A DNA stretch of 63,760 nucleotides, counting the filler, from Syncephalis fuscata S228 (taxonomy: Eukaryota > Fungi > Zoopagomycota): assembly GCA_025786725.1 (NCBI GenBank). It is 5 parts of 5 records of this genome, joined end to end, with 100 filler letters (N's around TTAATTAATTAA, not from the genome) between each part and the next. Parts side by side here need not be neighbours in the genome. Positions count along the whole stretch, not along the records: positions 1 to 26,601 come from JAHLTZ010000110.1; positions 26,702 to 36,057 come from JAHLTZ010000312.1; positions 36,158 to 52,020 come from JAHLTZ010000208.1; 2 more parts are not named here. The stretch is one strand, 5' to 3'. Positions 25,010 through 37,431 of the stretch are shown here, in pieces (positions within the stretch are counted from its first letter, which is position 1; each line of letters starts with the position of its first letter). The translations under genes and the position numbers were made by a program. The notes under the pieces were generated by a model. It was not told where the DNA came from. It searched no databases and saw nothing but the letters and a program-made list of their open reading frames with translations.

Positions 25010-26263
25010 ATGGAAGAGGTGCAACAGCCAAATCCATGTAACATATCGCTTGTGGAGGATATTCCATACGAATTACAAATAAGAATTGTTACATTCTTGA
25101 ACCTTAAAACAGTTACTGCTATAGCTCGAGTACGTAATAAAGTAGTCGATAGAACTTGTCAATAATATTATGTAGACATGCAAGGCTTTGTATAAAGTTG
25201 TCAAGGATGATTGGGCGTGGAAGGATTATTAGTGTAAGTATCTACACGGCACAATAGTCAATTTAAATAGCTTAATGGTTTATATATTCAGACATCGATA
25301 TGGTTCAAAAGTACTACCGGCATCTAATGAAGATATATCCTACTTGGATATTTATAAACGTATATGTTAGTACATAATTGAATATGGGAACGATATAATT
25401 GGCAGCTTACATTGATATATAATAGCATATCCTGAATTATTAATCGCGGATAACTTTGACATTATCCATAATAATGACCCTTATTGGAAAACTATCACTT
25501 AAGGGGTAAGCTATATTTAGACTAAATAGAATATAAACACTAACTGCGCTATAGCAATGATAAAAGTATCAATGTTGCCTGGTTAAATCATGTTTGTTGG
25601 TTGCATGTAAGTGAACTTTGTAATTAATGGTTAAGTATTAACGATCTGGATAGCTGGAGGGAACTATGAATCGTATCGAACATGGCGCTTATAAAGTGGT
25701 TTGGCTTTTGTATACTAGTCACACTCCATACAATCTAGACGATATAACCTTTCACGCAGATGTTGTAGGACAAGTAAGTTGATATAAAGCTATGTACTTG
25801 TAATTAACCATGGACGGTAGCAAGTTAATGATCAACTGGAATCCAAGTTTGCATCAACTATTCTATACAATCAGAGCCGTAATGGATTGAAGGAATATGT
25901 CATGCCTGGCACGCTGAATGTAAAGCCTGATGATAACTATGCTGATGTGAAACTTTATGTACAGGACCATAGTAATCAGTGGAAAGTAAATATAGTAAGT
26001 AATTATTGGCTGATGTATTATAAATTAATATTTTATTAGGGATTTGTGGCGGTCAAACTGGTTCCTGCTTATAAAACTCGCAATGATAAGGAAAATTCGG
26101 AGACTGAAGAGAATTTAGACGCAAATGATAGCTCTGATTTGGCATTTTTTCCAATATGGATATTGGAAGCACTATTGATGAACAAGATGAGCATGATGAG
26201 CATAATGAACGAAATGGACAAGATGAATCTGAAGTATTTGTTCAATGTGTATATCATAAATAA
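25010..26263 (+). CDS. F-box protein with PP2-like (phloem protein 2) C-terminal domain, frame disrupted as assembled
   Basis: F-box-like DIPYELQIRIVTFLEPKTVTAIAR/TCKALYKVVKDDWAWK, then IIHNNDPYWK, VAWLNHVCWLH/LEG, GAYKVVW, VQDHSNQWK and an acidic tail. Apparent stops near 25229 and 25500. Confidence 0.6.
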
Positions 26264-26601
26264 ACTGTTTAATTTTAATAATAATGATTTGTTATTGAAT
26301 AGTAATTATTGTGACATAGCATCAATTATTGTATGTTTTGTATTTGCTCAATTAAATATAATAACGATAAATAGTTAATAGATTAGTAGATACTGTTTGA
26401 TAATTTAAAATACTTTTACTATTGACAACTAATGTTTGTTATTTCAATTGTAATACAGCAACTCCATTTATAATAATAATCATTAATTATTATTATTTAT
26501 CATGTCTAAATGTTAAACAACAGCGCGACAACAACTACAACTACTAATGACCATAGAGTTGGCACTTGATGGATGAGAATTTGGTAAAAGAAAATTGAGC
26601 T

Positions 26602-26701
26602 NNNNNNNNNNNNNNNNNNNNNNNNNNNNNNNNNNNNNNNNNNNNTTAATTAATTAANNNNNNNNNNNNNNNNNNNNNNNNNNNNNNNNNNNNNNNNNNN
26701 N
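26602..26701. other. Artificial contig-join linker
   Basis: N44-TTAATTAATTAA-N44, with stops in all six frames. Confidence 0.97.
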
Positions 26702-26707
26702 GTATTT

Positions 26708-27020
26708 GGGGAGGCGTGGTGGCCTAAACGGTCAACGCGTCTTCCCTAAAGTAGGAAAATGTTGGTTCGCCTAGTTCGAATCTTGTTTTCAGGAAATGCG
26801 TGATGGGATCCTTCCGTAGAAGAAATGGTCGATATTCCAACACGTGAGGAGAGCCACCAACGGTTTCAGTTGTAGATGGCAGGTTCTGCGTTGCGCGCGG
26901 ATAGGTTCGAAATGAACCGTCTATTCTCCTAGGGGTGGCAGACAAATGCTGCAAATGCGCGGTTAGGTCCTACGGACCGTTGTCTCACTTAAGCTAATAA
27001 ATTCAAATTCAAATTCAAAT
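26708..27020 (+). mobile_element. tRNA-derived SINE, family B
   Basis: GGGG start, A box TGGCCTAAACGG (26720), B box AGTTCGAATC (26773), unrelated GC-richer body and (ATTCAA)3 tail. GTATTT before the element recurs at the end of ACGATTAAGTATTT after it, consistent with a TSD cut by the gap. Confidence 0.75.
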
Positions 27021-27318
27021 ACGATTAAGTATTTAATTAACAGATGCTATTCTAAAATAAATACAAAGCAGTAATAATGGCAGTAATAGTGGCAAAAATA
27101 ATAAGCTAGTAGGCTAACAACAAATATGCTTATTGAAGAATAAAATGCAGCGATTTAACTAAAAGATAATAGTGCAATTAAAGACAAATAAATAAGAATA
27201 AATAAAAATATTGATATTTAAAGTATGGGTATTGTTTTATAATTATTATTTAACAGTCTCATTAAATATCAAGTAATAAATGCTTTATTTGTTCATTTGT
27301 TCCGTTATTGACCAAAAG

Positions 27319-28880
27319 TTAACGCATTGTCACTAGTTCTTCCGAACTGGTTGGATGAATGGCAACGCAGGCGTCCAAATCACTCTTACGAGCGCCCATC
27401 TTTACTGCAACTGCAAAGCCTTGAAGGATTTCATCGCAGCCACGTCCTACCATATGAATGCCTACTACACGCTCATCATCGCCAACCGTTACCAGTTTAA
27501 ATACTGTTGGTGGCTTGTGATCAGTCATAGCGTTATACATGTTGGTGAAGCGAGTGTTGTAAACTCGTACACTAACATCGCCATACTTCTGACGTGCCTC
27601 AGTTTCGCTCAAGCCTACCGAACCAGACGGTGGATGGGAGAAAATGACACTTGGAATGTTCTCGTAGTCCAGACGAGCCGTTTTGAATTCCGGTGGTCCA
27701 AATAGACGATCAGATAGTTTACGACCAGCTGCGATAGCCACTATAATCAGCACGGTCAGCCTATTGTCGTGGTGTATGGATATCTTTGCACGCATGCTTT
27801 CATATCTACTTACCTGGTGTTAACTGGGCTACACCACATACATCGCCTAAAGCATAGATACCGTCAACTTGTGTATTTTGATATTCATCGCTTTTGATAT
27901 AGCCATGGCTGTCCGTATTAATGCCTACAGTGTCCAATCCAATAGTGTCGGAATTGGGTGCACGGCCAATGGCCCAGACAAGTACATCAAAGGTGGCTTT
28001 TCCTTCTTTGCTATCGGATCCATCGCCTTGATCCACAGTATACTGCACCTCAAGACCGTCATCGGTCCGAACTACTTGCTTCAAATGCGAATGGGCAACA
28101 TGTTTTATGCCGGTACGTGTCATTTCGCTTAGTACAGTTTCGCCAATGACCGAATCAAAGGCACGTAGAATATGGTCATAGCGAGTAAATAGGGAGACAT
28201 CAGAACCTAACTCGTGGAAAATGCCGGCCAATTCAATGGCAATGTAGCCAGCACCAACAACTGCCACACGTTTTGGCTGTGACTCCAATTCAAAAAATCC
28301 ATCACTACTGATGCCCAATTCCGAGCCAGGAATGTCTGAAGGAATAATTGGACGGCCACCTATGTTAATGCAAGTTAATTTATGTAGATTCATACTATTA
28401 GCTGATCAATTTACCAGTGGCAATAAGAATCTTGCTTGCTTCGAGATGAACAGCCTCGCTACCCTCGCCTACTTGCACGGTGGTTTTATTGATAAAACGA
28501 GCGTGGCCACTTACATACTCGACAGATTCTCGCTGCAAATTGTTGCTGTAGATGCCGTTCAAACGATGAATATAGGCATCTCGCTTGGTTTTGAGTGTAT
28601 TCCACTCAATCTGCGGCACCGGAAGCTTTGAATTGCTATCGGCACCTGGAAGATGGAAACCATAGTCGGCAGCATCACGAAGTGCTTCTTGAACGGACGA
28701 GGCATTCCACATAACTTTCTTTGGCACACAACCAACGTTAACACAAGTGCCGCCTAAACGGCCACTTCCTTCGACGAGCGCAACGTTAGCACCATACTGG
28801 GCTGCACGTCGTGCGCAAGCTAAACCGCCAGAGCCACCACCAATAACAATAAAATCGTAGAGCTTTTTAATGGGCGACAT
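27319..28880 (-). CDS. GLR1: Glutathione reductase, 3 exons
   Basis: [38 protein letters not shown], ending [15 protein letters not shown]. Confidence 0.97.
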
Positions 28881-29192
28881 GGTGAAATAAGTGAAGCAGA
28901 ACACTGAATGAGAAAAACAGGGCACGATATTGTTAAGATGACACCATTGACGACGTAGACACTATTTAATGACACAGATGCGTTGCTGAGGTATTACTAA
29001 TCCAAAAACGATCTATCATAACGATTTGAATAGTTGACGAGTTGATTGGATTAATTTGTGTTGAAATGATAATTTACAATAAACATTAGTATAATGTAAC
29101 AACATTATCATTTTCATAAAATATAATCAAATGTAATAGGACATTGTATTAATAATAATTTAAATATTTAAATAAACAATGTAACATACTAT

Positions 29193-30116
29193 TTTAACAA
29201 CATCCAATCTATTGAACATGCTGATGGGTGGTGAGTGACATTAGTCATCAAATACTCATCATTGTAGATTTATTATCTAGCACGCATATAGCATCATAGT
29301 ATGTGTTATTACTATATATGCCCGTCATTTTGCTTGATTAACATTAAAACCATAGCTAATTTCATATTCATATTATTGTTCTATCAATATAACTCAGTAA
29401 ACAAACTAAGTGCAATAAGTCAATTTTTATTAATGAAAAAGCTGGAACCATACCGACAACGGTTATAGACAGCGTATGGCCAATATATAATAAAATAATA
29501 AATATTGTAATGAATATGCAATATTAAACGAGAATAGCAACGTTAAAGTTATTGAACATATATGCATGAGCAGATGACCAACATTAGTCGAACCTTATTA
29601 ATAACAGTGCTATAACAAAAAAAACAAGTGCAATAGATAGTACGTATTTATTATACAATAAAACAATATACAATATAAAAAATACGGTATGAAATGACGA
29701 TTAACTATGTTGAAGTCATTGAGTATATATGCATGCTTAAAGAGTGGAATTAGTCGACATTTGTTGATAATAGTGCTAGAACAAAAATAAAAATAGCTTT
29801 GGATAGAGGAAGGCAAAGTGAGTATAGAATGCTATATAGAATGATAAATATACGGTAAGAAAGTATAAAATGGTGCTAAAGCTATAGCGTATATAACGCA
29901 ATGAGGAGAATGAGTAAAGTATATTGGAGCATATAAACAATAGAACGTGTCTAATATAGCATAGCATGATATATAATAGTATGTGCTAGAATGGGAATGA
30001 TATAGGTGAATATAGAATATATGCATACTGGATAATAAATCTACAATGACCAGTGTTTTGATGACTAATGTCATTCACCACTCATCATCATATTCAATAG
30101 ATTGAATGGTGTTAAA
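29193..30116. mobile_element. Non-autonomous inverted-repeat (MITE/foldback-like) element, copy 1
   Basis: About 100-bp imperfect TIRs: CAATCTATTGAACATGCTGATGGGTGGTGAGTGACATTAGTCATCAAA at the left and TTTGATGACTAATGTCATTCACCACTCATCATCATATTCAATAGATTG at the right. No coding capacity. Related copy at 62815-63760. Confidence 0.8.
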
Positions 30117-32345
30117 TTTAGTCAGTTTAAGCATAAATCATAATAAATGGCTAATAAATTTAAAGTTAAAAATGAAATAGTATATAGTATGTATATATTA
30201 ATGCAACAACAACAACAACTGTGGAACGACGTGAAATCACAATTGTATGGCTTCTATTAATATTCGATCAATCTTTCTATACATGACCAACAGCAACAAT
30301 GATTGGCCTCAAATGTCTCAACAAAATCAATAGTATGTCCCATTATTTGTTTAAATCAATTTATTAACAATATTTCAATAGGAAGTAATATAACTATATT
30401 GCATATGATAACGACATGACTCTGATTGGAGTGAATTTGCTTTGAGGACTCAAAAACTGGGAGTCAGAATGAAATGCGGAATTTTGAAGCATTATTTACC
30501 ATAGTAAATTACGATTTTAAATAAGCATAAATAAAACTATCAAGTCATCAATTCCTTTTATTATAATTAGTACAAAATAAACATATTACAAATGATGTTG
30601 CTACATTCTCAAATGTAAAACAAAAGATGTACAAATAAAATTATTAAGTAGATATTTAATTATTTAACATACACTAACAATTGTAATGGCTTAATAGATG
30701 CTATTATTTTTTATTAAAAGCTTGGTTTGCCTTTAATTTGCTAAAAAACGGCAATGTTACAACAACAGTAATAAAATGATGTAGCATTGACCAAGTAATC
30801 AAAAAAGAAAAATAAATAGTAGTTTAATTAAATATTTTGATATCAATTTAATAATAATACTATTAGTATCAAATGACTTTAACTTATCACAATAACAAGT
30901 TAGCAGATTTATAACAAAAGTTGTAACTGTATAGATTTTATAATAAGCCAAAATAGATTGAATTATAAAAAGGCATTTTATTATTATTTGATTAATAGTA
31001 TTGTGTATTTATAATATTATTGAATAAATACAAACTACTAATGAAGCAACTATCAAAATAAATAAAGTGTAATGCAAACAAAAACTGTTTAATTAATAAA
31101 TATTTTAGATTTAAATCTAACCAACAAATAAGATTAGATTGGTTTAGAGTATTTTGAATATCAGATATAGCAATTAAATAATTCCAAATTACATAAAAGT
31201 ATTATTGCTTTGATCAACTTAAATTAATTAGTTGGTGTATCAAGCAAGAGTGAAGATGTGCAAAATAAAACCGTCAACATGGCATTTGTCATTGATAAAC
31301 TAGAACAATCTACTCGTAACGTTCATTTTAAATGTCGCAGTAGTCGCTCCAATGTTCCAATTTAAAAGAGTTGTGGAACATGGCGAAAGAAGCTTAAGAG
31401 GGTGCTGTGACGGATCATTTAAACCACTTGATTTGTATCAAATCTTGTGATATTTTTATTAAATAAATAAAGATCACTTTTTCCACAATATTGAGCATGC
31501 TATTGGTTGTTTAGTGTGATTTGGCAGTTAAATAGCTATAATAATCACGTATTTAAACTAAATATCCGCTTTATTGAAGATGAAACCGGCTGTTGAGTGT
31601 CATTGGTTATTAAGCTATTTATTTATCATTATTGTTGTACTGTACATATCTGTCTTGTATACACATACTATATGTCTGTCTATATCATTAATATTGTAAA
31701 TTGTAGAAATTATATTAATAGAAGCTAAAAGTTTATTGCTAGCTGTATTCTTTTAGCAAATCTTGATTCATTTCGTTCATTGCTATTGGCTAATTGCATA
31801 CAGTATAGTTTTGTTATTACTATTCACGTATTCGTTTTGTCTATTTATTTTGTTTTATAATATTGTATGCTTTATTGTCGTGTTTTATTAAAAAGCGTAT
31901 TTATTCTAATTTCAGCATAATATTGTTTGGCTATATGATAATGATAGCTTTGCTACTATCCATACCAATCTATGCCTATAGCTTAGGCGATATAATTATA
32001 CACATTTTGTTATTAATTTAACTATTTGATTGATAATTGTCATTATTGAATGCAAATAAAACATGGTTATAGATATAGCAATTTGATTGTATATAGCTAA
32101 GATGAAACCATAGATTTATTACTATAAGCTTGCACAGTTGAATAGGGGCAACTAGATGCAAACATGTTGGTAACATAATGATTCAATTGATTAAAGACTG
32201 GATAAACCGGAGCATTGGCCAAAACTTGATATATAAATAGACTGGGCGGCGTAATTGTCAAATGGTCTTGCTTTTCGCCGAATATATACCTAAATTGTAT
32301 TGGAATAGTGGTTTGATTGCACCACCAATGCTAATGTCCTTATGC

Positions 32346-35128
32346 TTATGGGTTATCTGCATTTATAAATAAAGATATTACATGTTATATAATTAGTGTA
32401 TAAGCCATCAATATAAAATTTTACTTACGGTCTATTGGTATTATGTTATTGATACACATGGTGCATAACATGTAATTAGTGAGTAATTAATCAATATGAA
32501 ATGCTACTTACGGCCTATTAGTATTAAGTTATTGATACCCATAGTGCATAACATGCAATTAGTAAATAAATAAATAATATACAATGCTAATTACATCCTA
32601 TTAATATTGATTTGTTGATAAATACAATACATGGTATATAATTAGTATGTGTTCTATTGGTATGCAATATAACCTACTGGCTATTGATGTTAAGTCATTG
32701 ATAAGCACAATATATGCTATATAATTAGCGAATAGTTAGTTGATATATGATATAACTTACTCCCTATTAATATTAAATTATTGATGAGCACAATACATAA
32801 TATACAGTTAATGTATAGTTAGTTAATATACAATATCACTTACTGCCTATTAATATTAAACAATTGGTACAATCAATAAATAGCATAGTTAATGTATAGT
32901 TAGTTAATATACAATACAACTTACAGACTATCAATATTAAATAATTGGTATTATCAGTAAATAGCATAGTTAATGTATAGTCAGTTAATATACAACATCA
33001 CTTACGGTCTATTAGTATTAAATAATTGGTACAATCAGTAAATAACATAGTTAATGTATAATCAGTTAATATACAATATCACTTACAGTCTATTAATATT
33101 AAATTATTGATGAGCACAATACATGGTATATAATTAATGTATAGTTAGTTAATATACAATATCACGGGGACGTTGCTAGCCCAGTTAGTAAGGCAGCGTC
33201 TCCCGAGCTGAAGGCTCCGGGTTCAAACCTCAGTTTGAATCAATCCTTAAGTGGAAAATCCCCCAGTTTTTTCTAGTTAACAAATTGCAAACCAGAACCC
33301 AATAAGTAAGTCCGAAAACAAGACCTTGGCCAGAATAGCCGAGGAAAACCCAATTGGGACCAACTTCAAGAGAATAGTGCTGTGTAGCACCATTTAAAGG
33401 AAGATGGCCCCTGTGTGAAATCTATATGGGCCAGATTGCGAAACAACATGGCAGTCCACCCGTTAATTTGGGAAAGTCCAAATATAGTGGAAAGCAGCGC
33501 AAATTCTTTAATTATGCGCAGCAGGGGCTCACAAGCTCTTCAAAATAAAATAAAATAATATACAATATCACTTACAGTCTATTAATATTAAATAATTAGT
33601 ATTATCAGTAAATAGCATAGTTAATGTAGTTAGTTAATATACAATATCGCTTACCCACTATTAATATTAAATAATTAATATTATCAGTAAATAGCATGGT
33701 TAATATATAGTCAGTTAATACACAGTATCACTTACTGTCTATTAATATTAAATAATTGGTACAATCAGTAAATAGCAGTTAATATATAGTTAGTTAATAT
33801 ACAATACAACTTACTGTCTATTAATATCAAATAATTGGTATCATCAGTAAATAGCATAGTTAATATATAGTTAGTTAATACACAATATCACTTACTGTCT
33901 ATTAATATTAAATAATTGGTATTATTAGTAAATAGCATAGTTAATGTATAGTCAGCTAATATACAATATCACTTACTGTCTATTAATATCAAATAATTGG
34001 TATCATCAGTAAATAGCATAGTTAATGTATAGTTAGTTAATATACAATACAACTTACAGACTATCAATATTAAATAATTGGCATTATCAGTAAATAGCAT
34101 AGTTAATGTATAGTTAGTTAATATACAATATCACTTACAGTCTATTAATATTAAATAATTGATACAAGCAGTAAATAGCAGTTAATATATAGTTAGTTAA
34201 TATACAATATCACTTACATTCTATTAATATTAAATAATTGATACAATCAGTAAATAGTATAGTTAATGTATAGTTAGTTAATATACGATATCACTTACTG
34301 TCTATTATATCAAGTTGTTGATACGCACAATACATGGTATACAATTAATTTATAAGTCAGCAATATACAATATTACTTACTATCTATTAGTATTAGGTTG
34401 TTGATATATATTATGCATAACACGTGGTTAGTACATAGTCCGCCAATATACAATGCTACTTACAGCCTATTATTGTTAAGTTATTGATACACACAACGCA
34501 TAATATATAATTAGTCAGTGTGCAATCAGTGTACAATATAACTTACATTGGTCTAATATCAAGCCATTGATACATACAACACATAATATATAATTAGTTA
34601 ATACTCAACTAATATACAATACAACTTACCCACTATGCATCAAATTGTTGATGCACATAATACATGATATATGATTAATTTATAAGTTAGCATATACAAT
34701 ATCACTTACAGCCTATTGTTATTAAGTGTTGATACACATTAGTCCATAGCATGCAATTAGTGATAATCAACCAAATATACAATATAACTTACAGCCATCT
34801 AATATTAAGTTGTCAATGGATACAGTACATGACGTATAATTAGTGTATGCTTTATTGGTATATAATAGAACTTACAAACTATTGGTATTAAGTTGTTGAT
34901 GAACACAGCGAATGACATGCAATTATGAGTCATTAGTTAATATACGATACAACTTACTATCTAATAGTATCATTAGTTAGCAATACTATTAATAAGCAGA
35001 TTACTATGGCATATTTATTGTTATTGCAACATACCACGACGAACTAAGGCTGGTTTAGCATCCACGATGGCTGTACTGGCCACAAGAGCCACGACAATGG
35101 TGCAAACGGCGGCAATGGAAAGCTTCAT
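32346..35128 (-). CDS. Micro-exon gene 3 (MEG3): secreted CxxxC-loop-CxxxC prepropeptide, 63 aa, 29 exons
   Basis: Exon 1 (35128-35035) = MKLSIAAVCTIVVALVASTAIVDAKPALVRR+G. Twenty-five 3-nt exons and two 6-nt exons (34793-34798, 34547-34552) lie between 34960 and 32429. Last exon 32356-32346. Spliced: DIYGCLDQCYNKYFYNNNMDYYLCRTRCHHNP*. Confidence 0.87.
33166..33555 (+). mobile_element. tRNA-derived SINE, family A, copy 1, inside an MEG3 intron
   Basis: A box TAGCCCAGTTAG (33177), B box GGTTCAAACC (33220), (AAAAT)n tail, and a perfect 16-bp TSD TAATATACAATATCAC (33150-33165 and 33556-33571). Confidence 0.92.
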
Positions 35129-36057
35129 GATGATATTGAATTGTTAAGACAAACAAAAAAAGAGATAGTAGAGTTTAGTTGGTATAAAGTGAAGAGCAGT
35201 GCGTGTATAGCAAGAAGTAGAGTGTGATAATGATATCGTAGTTGGTTGTGTATATTTTGTGGGCTATTTATACTTATGATTATGCTGAGATAATAGTATA
35301 CTGTAGTATACGAGATATACCATTGATGTGTAATATGAACCAATAAAACAATCCAAATAATGGTTTGAGGTGCACATGCACCAATAGATTCATGGCGTGA
35401 TATTATGCTTTCAAACTTAATTTCAACCTGCTCGGCATTTACACAAATGACACGGCAATTCCAATGAGCATTACATGTGCGATAGAGACATGTACATCAC
35501 TTTGCTTTTTTATTACACGGTTAACTATTTGGTAAAAGCAAGGTATTGTTTAACTTTGTAAAAGCAATAGTGATATTTTTGCCGCCATTTCTACCGATTC
35601 AGTCCTCAATATCTGCATGCATACTAAACAGCACACAACCTGCCCGGTCTTTACTTCAATCTGTTAGTCATTTGCATGAGTACTGTAACGGTGTTCATAA
35701 CCCAGTACATATGGTAAAAATAGACACATTAACCTGTTTTTTTATTACACGGTCTAACTATTTGGTAAAAGCAAGTATATTGTTTGGTTTTGTAAAAAAG
35801 ATAATGATGTCTGCTGCCATTTCTACCGATTCAGTTCTCAATGTCTGTATGCATACAGAATAGCACACAAAACTGCTGCAAAAACAAGTTTATCAAACTG
35901 GTATTTATACAGGTTTTTACTGCTATACATAGGTCAGTTGTAATTTTAAATTATAAAGTATATTGATTGGTACATGCGCGTATTTCATTCCACTATGCCC
36001 ATTGTTATGGGGTAGCAATTATTCTGAATTCACAAATGCATCACATCAAGGTATATC

Positions 36058-36157
36058 NNNNNNNNNNNNNNNNNNNNNNNNNNNNNNNNNNNNNNNNNNN
36101 NTTAATTAATTAANNNNNNNNNNNNNNNNNNNNNNNNNNNNNNNNNNNNNNNNNNNN
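36058..36157. other. Artificial contig-join linker
   Basis: N44-TTAATTAATTAA-N44. Confidence 0.97.
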
Positions 36158-36469
36158 GTGCCGACCAGCCAGATCCATCTGGCAAACGAGCAATGACAAT
36201 GCCAGAACCTGCACGTCCAGAAAATAGAAAGCCTGCTTTAACGACTGTAAAGATTGCTAATCCCTGGGCGCGCGCTAAAATGTCTGGTGGGATAACTGAA
36301 TCAGGTCCGTTATCGCCTTGGCCCGTTTCTAAAAGAAAGTGGCAATAAAGCAAACGTTATAGACGTTAAAATAAACTAAATAGCTATACTTACGAACAAA
36401 GCTGTTGAGTATCTTTGTTGCTTTGCGGCATTCGCCAGCAAGATTAGTAGGAAGTGGAGAGTTAACCAT
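36158..36469 (-). CDS. Ysc84/Lsb3 (SYLF domain) protein, 5' part only
   Basis: MVNSPLPTNLAGECRKATKILNSFV / DSVIPPDILARAQGLAIFTVVKAGFLFSGRAGSGIVIARLPDGSGWSA, cut by the gap. Confidence 0.9.
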
Positions 36470-37431
36470 GTTGATAAAACTTATGAATAATATTCAAAAA
36501 ATAATGCTTTGAAGAAGTCAAGAAAAACGGAGGAACAAGTGCAACAAGTACAGTTGCTATTGTTGCTGCAGTAGAACTTATTGTACTCAAAGCGCCAAGA
36601 TTCATCCAAGGAGGTACACCATACAAACCTAATCAGGCTATTTTTAGATCATTTTTACAATTATGACGATATCGCAAGTTGGCTCAATTAAACTAATCTC
36701 AATTATCCAATAAGCAAAGGCCTATCCAGCGTAGTTATAGCAATATCTTGGCTTTTGGTTTATACACAACATTTCGTGTGTTTTTATATAATCCAACCAT
36801 TAAAAATTAAAATAAAAGTTTGATTTCTTAACAATCAAAAAACAATTAAAATAAACAATAAACAATGATTTGTTTCATGATATTTACATAAAAAAATAGC
36901 CAATTTCGATCGTTATGTCTAACGACATAAATATATTAAATCGCAACATTTAATAAATATTATTCTGTTAAATACTTCAATGTCTGTTTCATAGGAGTGC
37001 GTACAGCCAAAGTAAATAAAAATAGTATTAACATTTCATTTTAATTGCAATATACATCTTCTATATCATTTGTAAATGAGTAACAATATAATGACACAAC
37101 TTGTGTTAATCAAATCTGTTGATTATTGAATGCAAATAGAACCTGATTATAGATATAGCAATTTGATTGTATATAGTTAAGATGGAACCATAAGTTTATT
37201 ACTATAAGCTTGCACAGTTGAATAAGGACAACTGATTGCAAGCTTGTTGATAAAATAATGATTCCATTGATTAGAGACTGGATAAACCGGAGCATTGGCT
37301 AAAACTTGATATATAGGTGGGCTGGACGGCTTAGTTGTCAAATGGTCTTGCTTTTCACCGAATATATACCTAAAGTGTATTGGAATAGTGGTTCAATTGC
37401 ACTATCAATGCTGATGTCTCGAAACCATCGA

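Noticed and set aside
26602-26701. TTAATTAATTAA palindrome as a biological site, and gene clustering across it
   Set aside because: The identical N-padded linker occurs four times and is an assembly or concatenation artefact.
26724-26954. 76-aa ORF (also 38206-38460)
   Set aside because: It is an antisense reading of a SINE body.
33166-33240. Functional tRNA gene
   Set aside because: It has A and B boxes but no convincing acceptor stem. It continues into a ~320-bp shared body with an A-rich tail and TSD, so it is a SINE.
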